Made by a program: the position numbers and the translations under genes
Origin: Candidatus Poribacteria bacterium
GTDB taxonomy: Bacteria; Poribacteria; WGA-4E; PCPOR2b
Reading direction: 5' to 3'
Assembly (NCBI GenBank): GCA_965116925.1
Contig: OZ220744.1
Coordinates: 1,824,001-1,888,000, forward strand
DNA length: 64,000 nt
Shown here: positions 27,981 through 37,895 of the stretch, piece after piece
Numbering within the stretch: position 1 is the first letter of the stretch
How the letters are laid out: each line of letters starts with the position of its first letter
The notes under the pieces: model-generated
The model's input: only the letters and a program-made list of their open reading frames with translations
What the model was told of the DNA's origin: nothing
Databases searched by the model: none

Positions 27981-29903
27981 TTAAGAAGGTCTACCCGGTC
28001 CCCCTGGAGCTCCTTTCCGTTCAGGTAAAATTACCCGATCGCCTTCCACCAATCCACTCTTGATGATGACATCAGTTTCGTTCTGCTCACCCGTCTCAAT
28101 AGAAACGCGCTTTCCCTGCTGCCCTTTTGAGTTGCCGTTCCCTTTTTCAGAACCACCTTGTGCATCAAGCATGACGAACTTATCTTTCGTGATCTTAATA
28201 TTTGTCGAAACCCCATCCGCCTTCTGCTTGCCATTTACGAGGAGCGTGAAGGTGCGTTCACCGTCACGTAATCCTCGTTGTGAGCTGTCAAGACTGATTG
28301 TCAATCGGTCCCCGCTAATGCTAGTTATCTTTCCGTTGAAGCTCTTCCCTGTTAGAGTTTTTAGCTCAACCGCTTGGTCTGTTTTGAAAGCATCTGCAGC
28401 GGCACCAACCTGCGCTGTGGCAATTGCCGATGTTTCATCTTGGACCGCATCGATCGGCAGCATCAAGACATCTTTCTCCTCATAGGTAACAACATCGACA
28501 TCGGCACTCATACCAGGACGTAATTCAGACGGCGAGCCGACTACCTCGACCATTACCTCAAAAGTGATGATATTATCCCGCTCCTCTCCACTCGGAGAAA
28601 TTTCTGCGACGCGACCCTCATATATTTTGTTTTTATATGCGTCAACTTTGATGTTTGCCTGCTGATCCATCCTAAGTCGTTCCATGTCGACTTCGTTGAT
28701 GTAGGTTTTCACCACCATTTTTGACAAATCTGCTATCGTCATCAATGGGGGGCTTTGCGAGAATGCCGAACGACCAGAGGTTACAATCTCACCCTCTTCA
28801 ATTTCGAGTAGGGTCACAGTGCCAGCCATCGGAGCCTTGATAACTGTCCATTCTAACTGTTCCTCTTGGTTCTTCAGGCTACTCCGACGGCGCAGGAGAT
28901 TTGCTTCTGCGCTCACCGCCCCTTGCTTGGTGACGGTTTTTTCATTTTCAAGCGTTTCCAGAATCTCGGTAAGGCGGGTTCGACTGATTTGTAGCTGAAG
29001 TCTTTTCTCCTCCTCCTCCGCCTCTCTCATTTTACGGAGTTCCTGCAAATTCAGGTCTTGGTACGTCTTAGTTAGTTTACGGTTTGCGATTGCAGTCTCT
29101 CTTGTGGCGATAGTTTTCTTTTGAGAATTTACCGTTTGCTCCTGAGATTTCAATCGCTGTTCAGCTGTCTTGTATTGCGAGTCTGCACTAGCATATCTCG
29201 ATTCCGCCTCTTCCAATGATTTCTTGGAAACCAGTTTCTTCTCAAACAGTTCTTTGTTCCGATTCCACTCAGATTCGGCGTTAGCCCGATCTACTTTTAT
29301 AGACTCAAGTTCTGTCTCAAGTTCCGCAAACCTTATTTCTGCTCGGTTGAGCTCAATCGTCGCCTGATCCAGCGCAATGTTATCTTGAGCCAATTGGTTT
29401 AGCGTTGTTTGGATGTCCGTTTCTAACGAAGTAATCTGTGTTTGTGAAGAGGCTAACGTTGTCTTCAAATTTGATGCGGCGATTTTGACATTATCTTCCG
29501 CTTGCTGGCGGGCACTTTCAAGTTCTTCAGTTTTCAATATGATGTTGAGTTGTGACTGCATCAGTTGTGCTTTAGCAGCATCGACATCGGCTTCAGCCTG
29601 CTTCCTTTCTTCGAGGTACTGTTCCGGGTCAATCTTTAACAGTACCTGATCCTTCTCAACGTAATGCCCATCATCTACATACAGTTCAATAATTTCGCCC
29701 GCAACGTTTGCCTTGACCTCGACATCAATGAGTGCTTCGAGATTTCCTGTCGCGCTAATCAGCTTCTGAAAATCTCCACTCCTGACCACTTCAACCCGCT
29801 TCGCAGCTGCGTCCTCTTTTTTTCCGCGCCCTTGAATCCACCCACATGATGCGAGGGTTGCCGCTAAAATGAAAATTGCAACAGTTCCTACTATCTTTTT
29901 CAC
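27981..29903 (-). CDS. Periplasmic adaptor (MacA/HlyD-like) lipoprotein with a very long coiled coil
   Basis: Lipobox LASC, VEVKANVAGEI, IKAPMAGTV, LRPGMSADV, SGLVEGDRV. Heptad-rich region of roughly 250 aa. Confidence 0.88.
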   Translation of the reverse strand: MKKIVGTVAIFILAATLASCGWIQGRGKKEDAAAKRVEVVRSGDFQKLISATGNLEALIDVEVKANVAGEIIELYVDDGHYVEKDQVLLKIDPEQYLEERKQAEADVDAAKAQLMQSQLNIILKTEELESARQQAEDNVKIAASNLKTTLASSQTQITSLETDIQTTLNQLAQDNIALDQATIELNRAEIRFAELETELESIKVDRANAESEWNRNKELFEKKLVSKKSLEEAESRYASADSQYKTAEQRLKSQEQTVNSQKKTIATRETAIANRKLTKTYQDLNLQELRKMREAEEEEKRLQLQISRTRLTEILETLENEKTVTKQGAVSAEANLLRRRSSLKNQEEQLEWTVIKAPMAGTVTLLEIEEGEIVTSGRSAFSQSPPLMTIADLSKMVVKTYINEVDMERLRMDQQANIKVDAYKNKIYEGRVAEISPSGEERDNIITFEVMVEVVGSPSELRPGMSADVDVVTYEEKDVLMLPIDAVQDETSAIATAQVGAAADAFKTDQAVELKTLTGKSFNGKITSISGDRLTISLDSSQRGLRDGERTFTLLVNGKQKADGVSTNIKITKDKFVMLDAQGGSEKGNGNSKGQQGKRVSIETGEQNETDVIIKSGLVEGDRVILPERKGAPGGPGRPS

Positions 29904-29949
29904 TGTTTGATTACTCCTTTGCTGAAAATAGTTACTTAGACCTAACGCT

Positions 29950-31665
29950 TTATGTAACTCTGACTACCAATGTCTTTGAAAGTTTATCACCCAACCGCTG
30001 CTTTTTCTCCCCTAAGATAAAGATACAATCAATCACGCTGAGTATCGGCAGCGACAAGTTACGAAGAATAGATTGCCACAAATTGCAAGGCAACCCACTC
30101 TTTGAATCAATAACTCTTATTTTCATAAGTCGTTTGCCAATACTTCGCCCGTTTAGTGCATCTTGAAGGAGTAGATACAGCAACGCAACAGAGACAGCGA
30201 CCCAGAGCACAATATTGGTGCCTTCTAATCCGATACGCATCCACACACCGAACGGGATAGCGACGATGGCAGCGTAGACCAAGCTGTCCAATAACTGTCC
30301 CCAAAATCTCACGGAAAGCGAGGCAAGCTTAAATTCTTGTCCATCAATCCTGAAGCTTTCATCTCCGGGCACCTCCCGCAAGGCCTCTATCGGCATTAAA
30401 ATTGCCGCTCTGTAAGCGGGATACAATCCGAAGATAACCCCAATGCCGACAGAGACACCCATGGCAATGACCATGGTAGAGTATGAAATGATCGAGGGCC
30501 AATTGCTGCCTTCCCACACAAATTTAGCGATCAATGCGGCACTACCCTTCCCCAGAAAAATACCGAGAATCGCCCCTAGGATACCGCCCGTTATACTCAA
30601 GACCAACGCCTCGATCAAAAATTGCATCAAAATGTCACGCCGTTTTGCCCCAAGTGCCTTACGCAAACCAATCTCCTTTGTGCGTTCTGTGACCGAAACC
30701 AGCATGATATTCATGATGCCGATGCCTGCCACAAAGAGGGCAATCAGCGCAATCCCACCCATTAAGGCTTTCATCGTATTCCCGATCTTTTCAGCGGTTG
30801 CCAGTTCCTCCTGTGCTGTCCAGTATTGATATTCCTCTCCAGAATTGTTGTGCATCCGTCCCAAGATGTGCTTCGCATCTTCTTTTGCGTTTTCAACCTC
30901 ATCAAGACTGGTTGCCTCCACACGAATGCGCTCGACCTCCTTCCGTCCAGTAAAGCGCTGCTGAAAGGTTGTAAGGGGGATGATAAAACGCTCATCCCAA
31001 CCTTCGGTATCCATCGCGTCGCCTTTTTCTTCCATCACACCAATCACCGTCAAGCGCACGTCGTATCGGGGACCCCAACTCGTTGTCCGGGTCGCCTTCA
31101 TCTCCTTGCCGATTGGATCCTCACCTTTGAAAACTTCATCATAGATTTTATAGCCGATAACGGTGACCGTGCTCGCTCTTTCAACCTCTTCCTCAGTGAA
31201 GAAGCGTCCCATGATGGGATACCAGTTGTGTGATCGATCATAACCTGCGGTCCCCGCAACCACTCTAGAGTTCCTACTAGCTCCCTCATGGTATACATTC
31301 CAGCCGGGCATGTCATCTTCACCGACTACATGAACAACACCTCTCCCTTTTTCCATAATTTCATATATATCTTGGGTTTCTAGATGTTCTGCGCGGTTTC
31401 TACGCCAACGCCTCAGGGTTCGTCCCGCCCTTCTGCTGAATGTCCCTGATTGCCGATCCCAATCATCTCGAGTAATCTCAATCATGGTCAATCCGCCGGT
31501 ACGCTCAATTTCGCCTAAGACCAGTGCGCGTGAGCCATCACCAACTGAAACCATGCTCACCACCGCACCGACACCGATGGCGATACCCAAGATAGTCAAT
31601 CCAGAACGAAGTGGATGACGCCGTAAGCTAGCAAGTCCAATCATAATACATTCGATGAGATTCAT
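29950..31665 (-). CDS. MacB/FtsX-type ABC permease fused to a C-terminal RDD domain
   Basis: RSGLTILGIAIG, GIGIMNIMLVSVTERTKEIGLRKALGA and PIEALR, then LASLSVRFWGQLLD...GRSIGKRLMKIRV...QRLGDKLSKTLVV. Confidence 0.88.
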   Translation of the reverse strand: MNLIECIMIGLASLRRHPLRSGLTILGIAIGVGAVVSMVSVGDGSRALVLGEIERTGGLTMIEITRDDWDRQSGTFSRRAGRTLRRWRRNRAEHLETQDIYEIMEKGRGVVHVVGEDDMPGWNVYHEGASRNSRVVAGTAGYDRSHNWYPIMGRFFTEEEVERASTVTVIGYKIYDEVFKGEDPIGKEMKATRTTSWGPRYDVRLTVIGVMEEKGDAMDTEGWDERFIIPLTTFQQRFTGRKEVERIRVEATSLDEVENAKEDAKHILGRMHNNSGEEYQYWTAQEELATAEKIGNTMKALMGGIALIALFVAGIGIMNIMLVSVTERTKEIGLRKALGAKRRDILMQFLIEALVLSITGGILGAILGIFLGKGSAALIAKFVWEGSNWPSIISYSTMVIAMGVSVGIGVIFGLYPAYRAAILMPIEALREVPGDESFRIDGQEFKLASLSVRFWGQLLDSLVYAAIVAIPFGVWMRIGLEGTNIVLWVAVSVALLYLLLQDALNGRSIGKRLMKIRVIDSKSGLPCNLWQSILRNLSLPILSVIDCIFILGEKKQRLGDKLSKTLVVRVT

Positions 31666-31728
31666 GCGATTTCTCCTTTGGTTCGTACCCCCGGTTGTCC
31701 GCCGGTTCCTTACAATTTACGAATGTTT

Positions 31729-33024
31729 CTATTCTGTCCTCAGTGCTTCAATGGGCGAAAGTTGTGCGGCTTTTACCGCAGGATAGACGCCGAAGATAAT
31801 ACCGATAAATGCCGAGAAGGCAACAGAGATAATTATCCATTGCGTGGAAATGGTAGCGGGCCACTCCGGGACAACCTTAACAATCTTTACCGCAATATTC
31901 GCCATACCGTAACCTGCACCAATCCCCAATCCAATCCCAAGCAATCCGCCAACGCTACACATCACCACCGCTTCGACGAGAAACTGAAAGAGGATGTCCC
32001 GTCGCTTGGCACCAATCGCCTTTCGTAATCCGATTTCTCGGGTCCGTTCCGTAACGGAAACCAACATCATATTCATAATGCCGATGCCGCCGACAAGCAA
32101 CGAGAAACCCGCAATGCTACCCAGCGTGATTTTGATAACCCAACTAATTTTATTTAGCTGCTCCATACTCTCATTCAAAACCCAAATGTGGAAAAAATCG
32201 TCTTGATTGCGATGTTGTTTCCGCATCACCGCTTTGACCTCTTCTTGGGCTTTGTCAATCAAATCTATATGTTTCGCCTTAACAGTGAACATCGTGACGT
32301 GATCATTTCCGGTAAATCGCTCTTGTGCAGTTGTCAACGGTACAAACAAGATGTTATCAAGATTCCAACCAAAACGGAGGCTTCTTCCGCGCGTCTCCAT
32401 CACACCTACCACCGTGAATCGCACCATCACTCTTTCTCGTTCTTCTCGTCTGATTTCCCAGTCGGCACTACGTGCCACCTTGATCTCTTTGCCAATGGGG
32501 TCATCGTCGCCAAACAGTTCGGTTGCTAGTTCGGATCCAATGACACAGACTTTTTGCCGATCGTCGAATTCAGTTTCTGTAAAAAAACGTCCTCGTCCCA
32601 CCTCCCAATTCATCCCAATCGGAAAATGCGAATCGACGCCGTTATATCCGGTGCGACTTTCAGCACCATCTGCGGCTTGAACAAGAACGCCACCCCATCG
32701 GGGAATACGTGGTATCACCAATTCAACGGAAGGACACTCCGCTTCAATGGCTACGACATCATCGTACTTTAGAAACTCGCTGCTACGGTTGCGGACCCAT
32801 TGCCCCTTTTTTTTAATCCAGCCACCGCGCCACATACTAAATTGACTAGCACCCCCTAGCTTATCCGCATCTTGGAGTACAAGCGTTTTTGCCCCATCCC
32901 CTACAGCAATCATTGCAAGTACCGAAGCGACCCCAACAATAATCCCTAACATCGTCAAAAGGGAACGCATCTTGTTTATGCCAATAGCTCTGAGCCCGAT
33001 TGAAAATCCTTCACTGAGTTTCAA
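31729..33024 (-). CDS. MacB/FtsX-type ABC permease
   Basis: RSLLTMLGII, GGIGIMNMMLVSVTERTREIGLRKAIGA, PIEALRTE. TTG start after GAGAGG. Confidence 0.92.
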   Translation of the reverse strand: MKLSEGFSIGLRAIGINKMRSLLTMLGIIVGVASVLAMIAVGDGAKTLVLQDADKLGGASQFSMWRGGWIKKKGQWVRNRSSEFLKYDDVVAIEAECPSVELVIPRIPRWGGVLVQAADGAESRTGYNGVDSHFPIGMNWEVGRGRFFTETEFDDRQKVCVIGSELATELFGDDDPIGKEIKVARSADWEIRREERERVMVRFTVVGVMETRGRSLRFGWNLDNILFVPLTTAQERFTGNDHVTMFTVKAKHIDLIDKAQEEVKAVMRKQHRNQDDFFHIWVLNESMEQLNKISWVIKITLGSIAGFSLLVGGIGIMNMMLVSVTERTREIGLRKAIGAKRRDILFQFLVEAVVMCSVGGLLGIGLGIGAGYGMANIAVKIVKVVPEWPATISTQWIIISVAFSAFIGIIFGVYPAVKAAQLSPIEALRTE

Positions 33025-33253
33025 TATCCTCTCTCCTTTCGTGTTAATACCATTCTCAACGTTTCTGTAAACGAGGATGGTAGACTTCTGTTTCTAAATT
33101 AAATCCACACGTTTGAGAGTTCTTCACTCAGTTCCAAATTTCCTTTTTTCGTTTTCGCTCATGTTAAGATTTCGTGCAAAGACACCGAGTTTTTGCTTCA
33201 AAACTCGGTGTCTCTTCGTGCTTTGCGCTTTCTTTTTCTATGAACCTTCGCTT

Positions 33254-34561
33254 TTATTCTGTTCTCAATGCTTCGATGGGCGATAGTTGTGCGGCTTTTA
33301 CCGCAGGATAAACGCCGAAGACAATACCAATAAGTGCCGAAAAAGCAACGGAGATAATCATCCACTCTGTAGAGACAACAGCGGGCCACTCCGGGACAAT
33401 CTTAACAATGTTTACCGCAACACTTGCCATCCCGTGCCCGGCAGCAACACCCAACCCAATACCTATGATACCACCGACACTGCACATCGTTATTGCTTCA
33501 ATCAAGAATTGGAAAAGGATATCCTGTCGCTTGGCACCAACCGCTTTTCGTAACCCGATTTCTCGGGTCCGTTCCGTTACAGAAACCAACATCATGTTCA
33601 TGATACCGATGCCGCCCACAAGCAGCGAAAATCCGGCGATAACACCGAGCACGATTTTGATAACTTTGCTAATTTTGAACAGCTGCTCCATACCCGCCCG
33701 CATCTCCCAAACGTTAAAGAAGTTGTCTTCATTGCGGTGCCGTTTCCGTATCACCTCTGTGACCTCTTCCTTCGCTTGGTTAATCAATTCGACGCTCTTT
33801 GCTTGGACGGAAATCATTGTCACCCGATCATTGCCGGTAAATCGCTCCTGAACCGTTGTCAGGGGAAGAAGCACCCGGTCATCCAGATTCCACCCGAAAC
33901 GGAGACTTCGTCCACGAGGCTCCATCACCCCCACAACGGTGAACCGTTCCATGCTTCTGTCTTGGCTACGCTGTTCCCAGCGACGGCGCCTGTTGCCGGA
34001 GCCACGTGCGATCTTGATTGTCTTGCCAATTGGATCTTGACCCTGAAAAAGTTCGTTTGCTACCTCCGATCCGAGAACACAGACTTTAGATCGCTCCGTA
34101 ACATCTTCCTCTGTGATAAAACGCCCGCTTGCAGGCTCCCAGTTCATCCCAATTTGGTAGAAAGACGTAATCCCTTCATACCCCGTCCGTTTTTCCGCGC
34201 CGCCTTCCGCTTGTACAAGCACCCCACGCCACTGTGGAATGCGGGGGATAACCCCCTCGACCGAGGGACATTCGGCTTCAATCGCCAGAACATCTCCATA
34301 CTCAAAATATTCGTTGCTGCGATTCCGCTCCCAACGACCGCTGCCTTTACGGATATGGCTGCTCCTATACAATGTAACCTGATTGGCACCGCCAATCTTT
34401 TGGGCGTCCTGGAGCACAATCAGTTTTGCTCCATCGCCGATAGCAATCATCGCCAACACGGAGGCGATACCAATGACAATTCCGAGCATCGTCAAGAGCG
34501 ATCGCATCTTATTCGCGTGAATCGCTGCAAATCCGACTGAAAATCCTTCGCCAATTCTCAT
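33254..34561 (-). CDS. MacB/FtsX-type ABC permease (paralog of 31729-33024)
   Basis: Same motifs and a near-identical C-terminus. ATG at 34561 follows GGAGGAG. Confidence 0.92.
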   Translation of the reverse strand: MRIGEGFSVGFAAIHANKMRSLLTMLGIVIGIASVLAMIAIGDGAKLIVLQDAQKIGGANQVTLYRSSHIRKGSGRWERNRSNEYFEYGDVLAIEAECPSVEGVIPRIPQWRGVLVQAEGGAEKRTGYEGITSFYQIGMNWEPASGRFITEEDVTERSKVCVLGSEVANELFQGQDPIGKTIKIARGSGNRRRRWEQRSQDRSMERFTVVGVMEPRGRSLRFGWNLDDRVLLPLTTVQERFTGNDRVTMISVQAKSVELINQAKEEVTEVIRKRHRNEDNFFNVWEMRAGMEQLFKISKVIKIVLGVIAGFSLLVGGIGIMNMMLVSVTERTREIGLRKAVGAKRQDILFQFLIEAITMCSVGGIIGIGLGVAAGHGMASVAVNIVKIVPEWPAVVSTEWMIISVAFSALIGIVFGVYPAVKAAQLSPIEALRTE

Positions 34562-34690
34562 CTCTACTCCTCCCCTATTTGCGCTGAATTCCGTCCTAAC
34601 ACTTGGACGAAACAGCATGAGATTGGTTTATGTCTTTGGTGATAGACAAACAACATCAGAACCTAAAGTGTCTAGTGAATCAGATTGATA

Positions 34691-34728
34691 GAAATTGTCT
34701 TGACAATTTCGGTAATCGCTGATAATAT
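34691..34728 (+). promoter_or_regulatory. rpoZ promoter with a palindrome over the -35
   Basis: GAAATTGTC-TT-GACAATTTC (34691-34710). TTGACA at 34700, 17 nt, TAATAT. Confidence 0.55.
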
Positions 34729-34784
34729 ATACCTCCTAAATTTGGTTTAACCAAATTACCCAATAAATTGCGAGGTTACTCAGA

Positions 34785-35132
34785 ATGCCACTTATCTATC
34801 TTGAGGATATCTTGGAGCAGACCGGTAACAAGTATTTGGCCGTGAATGTCGCAGCCAAACGGGCACGTGAAATTAATGCTGAAAATAGCCTGCCTATGTT
34901 AATGGCTAATACCGAAAAACCTGTTACGGTTGCAATTGATGAACTTAGATCGGGGCGGATTGACTACGAGGAGTTAGATCAACCGGAAGAACGCTCAGAA
35001 GACTCACCATTCGCTGCCGTAGAGGGGGAGGAAGACGAGGAGGCAGAGGGGTTGGAAGAACTTCAACCAACTGAGGAGTATTATGAAGAAGACGAGGTGA
35101 CAGATCCGGATGAGACAGAAGAAGGGCTGTAA
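34785..35132 (+). CDS. rpoZ: RNA polymerase omega subunit with an acidic C-terminal tail
   Basis: NKYLAVNVAAKRAREI...KPVTVAIDEL..G.I. Confidence 0.9.
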   Translation: MPLIYLEDILEQTGNKYLAVNVAAKRAREINAENSLPMLMANTEKPVTVAIDELRSGRIDYEELDQPEERSEDSPFAAVEGEEDEEAEGLEELQPTEEYYEEDEVTDPDETEEGL

Positions 35133-35212
35133 GTTAATTGTCCGGTGAAGTTGGAGACTGTCGCGCTGTCTGAAAGAATCTCCTAAAAAATAGTCACCGT
35201 TATGTTAGTTGT

Positions 35213-35268
35213 AAGGGGTCACGTGGGGAGGAATGAAGTTGTTCCCTTCCCACGTGACCCCTTTTTTT
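35213..35268 (+). terminator. Strong Rho-independent terminator after rpoZ
   Basis: AAGGGGTCACGTGGG...CCCACGTGACCCC followed by a T7 run. Confidence 0.85.
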
Positions 35269-35363
35269 ATTTTCCAAAAGGTTCTGCTTTGTTGTTGATC
35301 CAAACCCGCAAACATGCTAAAATAAAAACGTATCATTTCAAACTTCAACTTTGGAGGTATAAC

Positions 35364-36251
35364 ATGGCATTAGGTGAGGGAGATTATAAATATGAATTAG
35401 TGGACGGATGGCCAAAACTGCCGGAGGGTTGGGTTTTCTCTATGGTGTCGGATGCAGCAGTCGATTCCAAGGGACGAATCTTCGCCTTCACCCGCGGTAT
35501 ACATCCGGTTATTGTTTTTGACAAAGAGGGGAACTTCGTTACCTCATGGGGGTATGGAGATTTCGGTGTTTCTCCACACCTTATTAGTCAATCGCACGGA
35601 ATCTTCATCGGGCCCGACGATGAAGTTTATCTGACCGATGCGTGGCAGCATATTGTGCGCCGCTACACACTGCTCGGTGACTTGGAGCGCGAGTGGGGAA
35701 CACGTGGTGTTGCTGGTGTGACATACCATAAACGCGAGTATAACATGCCCACCGGCGTGGCAATTGGGCCAGAAGGAGAAATCTACGTCGGGGATGGATA
35801 CGGCAATCGGCTCGTTCACAAATATTCCAAAGAGGGTGAGCACCTGCTAGCTTGGGGCGAGGCGGGCAGCGGTCCAGGTGAATTCGCAGTAGTCCATAAT
35901 ATCGGTTGTGATAAAACGGGGCGTGTCATCGTCTGTGACCGTGAGAACAACCGCATCCAGATCTTCGATCCCGATGGGAAACACATGGAAACATGGACGG
36001 ATGTCGTTGCCCCCGGCGATGTGTGGATCACTGATGACAACATGATTTATGTGGTCGAGCAGGGCGCGGGCTCGCGTGTCAGCGTCTGGACCCCGGAAGG
36101 AGAGCGATTAAGTCGGTTCTCTGGGGCGGAAAACAACGGTATCATCCAGTCGGCGCATGGACTTTGCGTTGATGACGAAGGCAGCATCTACGTTGCCGAG
36201 ATCGGCGAGCCGGGCCGTGGACAGCGGTTCCAGAAGTTCGCCCGCGTCTAA
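35364..36251 (+). CDS. NHL-repeat beta-propeller (peptidyl-alpha-hydroxyglycine lyase-like)
   Basis: WPKLP, HPVIVFDKEG, YVGDGYGN, DRENNRIQIFD, AHGLCVD. ATG at 35364 follows GGAGGT. Confidence 0.88.
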   Translation: MALGEGDYKYELVDGWPKLPEGWVFSMVSDAAVDSKGRIFAFTRGIHPVIVFDKEGNFVTSWGYGDFGVSPHLISQSHGIFIGPDDEVYLTDAWQHIVRRYTLLGDLEREWGTRGVAGVTYHKREYNMPTGVAIGPEGEIYVGDGYGNRLVHKYSKEGEHLLAWGEAGSGPGEFAVVHNIGCDKTGRVIVCDRENNRIQIFDPDGKHMETWTDVVAPGDVWITDDNMIYVVEQGAGSRVSVWTPEGERLSRFSGAENNGIIQSAHGLCVDDEGSIYVAEIGEPGRGQRFQKFARV

Positions 36252-36267
36252 ACAGATTTGATTATGT

Positions 36268-36381
36268 TAGGAGTTACGCACTTCAGATTGTAGTTGACCG
36301 ATTTATCGGGCGTATTGTGGTTGCCGACAGCGATAAATCGCCGAACTACAAGGCGTTGAGCGTTCAACTGCATAAGTCCTA
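36268..36381. mobile_element. MITE-like element with 13-bp TIRs and a 5-bp target duplication
   Basis: TAGGAGTTACGCA...TGCATAAGTCCTA flanked by TATGT (36263-36267 and 36382-36386). Internal TGTAGTT...AACTACA inverted pair. Confidence 0.75.
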
Positions 36382-36426
36382 TATGTTAAGAAACCGTAGG
36401 GGCGGGGTTATCCCGCCCTGACTCTT

Positions 36427-37677
36427 TTAGCCCGGTTGCACAGGGCGCGTCCGATCATGTCGAATCAGCGGACGACTCCCGTTGAGTGTTACAACGAACG
36501 ATCTCTCAATATGTAGCGACCCAACACCCGGCATCGAAATCATCGCTTCCAGATTGAGAACCATGTCCACCTCAAGCGGTAGGTCTGATGGAACATCCAC
36601 ACAATCATCCTGAATCCGCTGTCCATTGTCTGCGACAATAATCGGGTAATCTCGGACCTCCAAACCCAACCCATGTCCATGAGGAGATGACGCTGTGATG
36701 CCGTGTGCATTGAGTGTTTTCCACATGGCAGCTTGGGCGGCAGACGCTTTTGCACCCGGTGTCATCTCCTCTACTCCCGCCTCAACGCATTCCCGCAACG
36801 CCCTATGCCTCTCAATCAATACCGTTGACGGTTCGCGCATCGTCAGGGTTGTGCCGCTATCGGAGAAACACCCTTCATAAATGCAGCCAAAATCTACATA
36901 GAGTATGTCGTCATCTGTCAAGATATAGTTTGGCTCTGTGGCAAGCCCTAGCCCGCGCACCCCAAACGCGAAGTGATCGAAATCTGCGCCAGCCTTGCCG
37001 ATCTGCTGCCGATAATGTTGGACAACATCGGTGATTGGCTGCCCCGGTCGAGCAAGCGCGAGCCCTTCCATCGCTGCGGTCTCGCTGATCTCCGCTGAAC
37101 GGATTAACCGCGACAGCTCATCTTCGGTCTTGACCATCCGAACAAGACGAATGAGGTTTGAGCAATCCTTAATCTCTGCCTTTGGCAATCCCGCCTCAAT
37201 CGCTGCTTTCGCCCTCGATGATAACCCCTCCATTTCGATGCCGATTCGGGCATTAGTCAACCCTCGCTCCTTGAGAACACTCAAAAGTGCATCGGTAGGT
37301 GTAGCATCTCGCTGCGGTCGATGAAGTATATCAAAGATGCGTTGCTCCGCATCGGACAAGTCCCCTATCGGCAGCGAATCGTCTAACTCGTGATCTCCGA
37401 AGATATGCACGTCTTGCACCCACAGATCGGAGGCGTTCACCGCAAACGTCGGACTCGCGACAAGCGCGGGTTCACTTTCTAGTGGGAAGATTGCATAAGC
37501 AGCGGTCGGATCTGGATCGCTTGGCGCGCCCGGCACCATCATATACGCCTTGAATAGTGGGTCAATCCAGCACCGATAATCCGAAAAATAGGTGATGTTG
37601 ACCGGCGAGGTTGCTACCAAGACATCCACACCGCAGCGGCGCATATACTCCTGTGCACGGGTTTTGTTGAAAAGCAC
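36427..37677 (-). CDS. M24 (Xaa-Pro) peptidase-family protein
   Basis: RMVKTEDE, VDFG...SDSGTT, HGHGLGLE, LNLE, IERSFVVT. Confidence 0.88.
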   Translation of the reverse strand: MLFNKTRAQEYMRRCGVDVLVATSPVNITYFSDYRCWIDPLFKAYMMVPGAPSDPDPTAAYAIFPLESEPALVASPTFAVNASDLWVQDVHIFGDHELDDSLPIGDLSDAEQRIFDILHRPQRDATPTDALLSVLKERGLTNARIGIEMEGLSSRAKAAIEAGLPKAEIKDCSNLIRLVRMVKTEDELSRLIRSAEISETAAMEGLALARPGQPITDVVQHYRQQIGKAGADFDHFAFGVRGLGLATEPNYILTDDDILYVDFGCIYEGCFSDSGTTLTMREPSTVLIERHRALRECVEAGVEEMTPGAKASAAQAAMWKTLNAHGITASSPHGHGLGLEVRDYPIIVADNGQRIQDDCVDVPSDLPLEVDMVLNLEAMISMPGVGSLHIERSFVVTLNGSRPLIRHDRTRPVQPG

Positions 37678-37895
37678 CGTATGACTCCTTTGTTCAAAAC
37701 AGGTCTTATAGAAGCACGTAGGTTAGGTTGAACGGGAACCGTGAAACCCAACACTTAATCTACAAACAACTTGGCTCATGTTAAGAAATCGTGCAACAGA
37801 AACCGATTGAGTTCACTAGTTCATTTTTCACGTTTTACGCATCACGTTTCATATTCTTCACGCTTTGCACTTTCTCTTGACGTGAGCCACATCTC

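Noticed and set aside
33737..34540. Long antisense ORFs (267 aa here; also 26296-27003, 47626-48204, 51298-51885)
   Set aside because: They are shadows of well-supported genes on the opposite strand and have no recognisable motifs.
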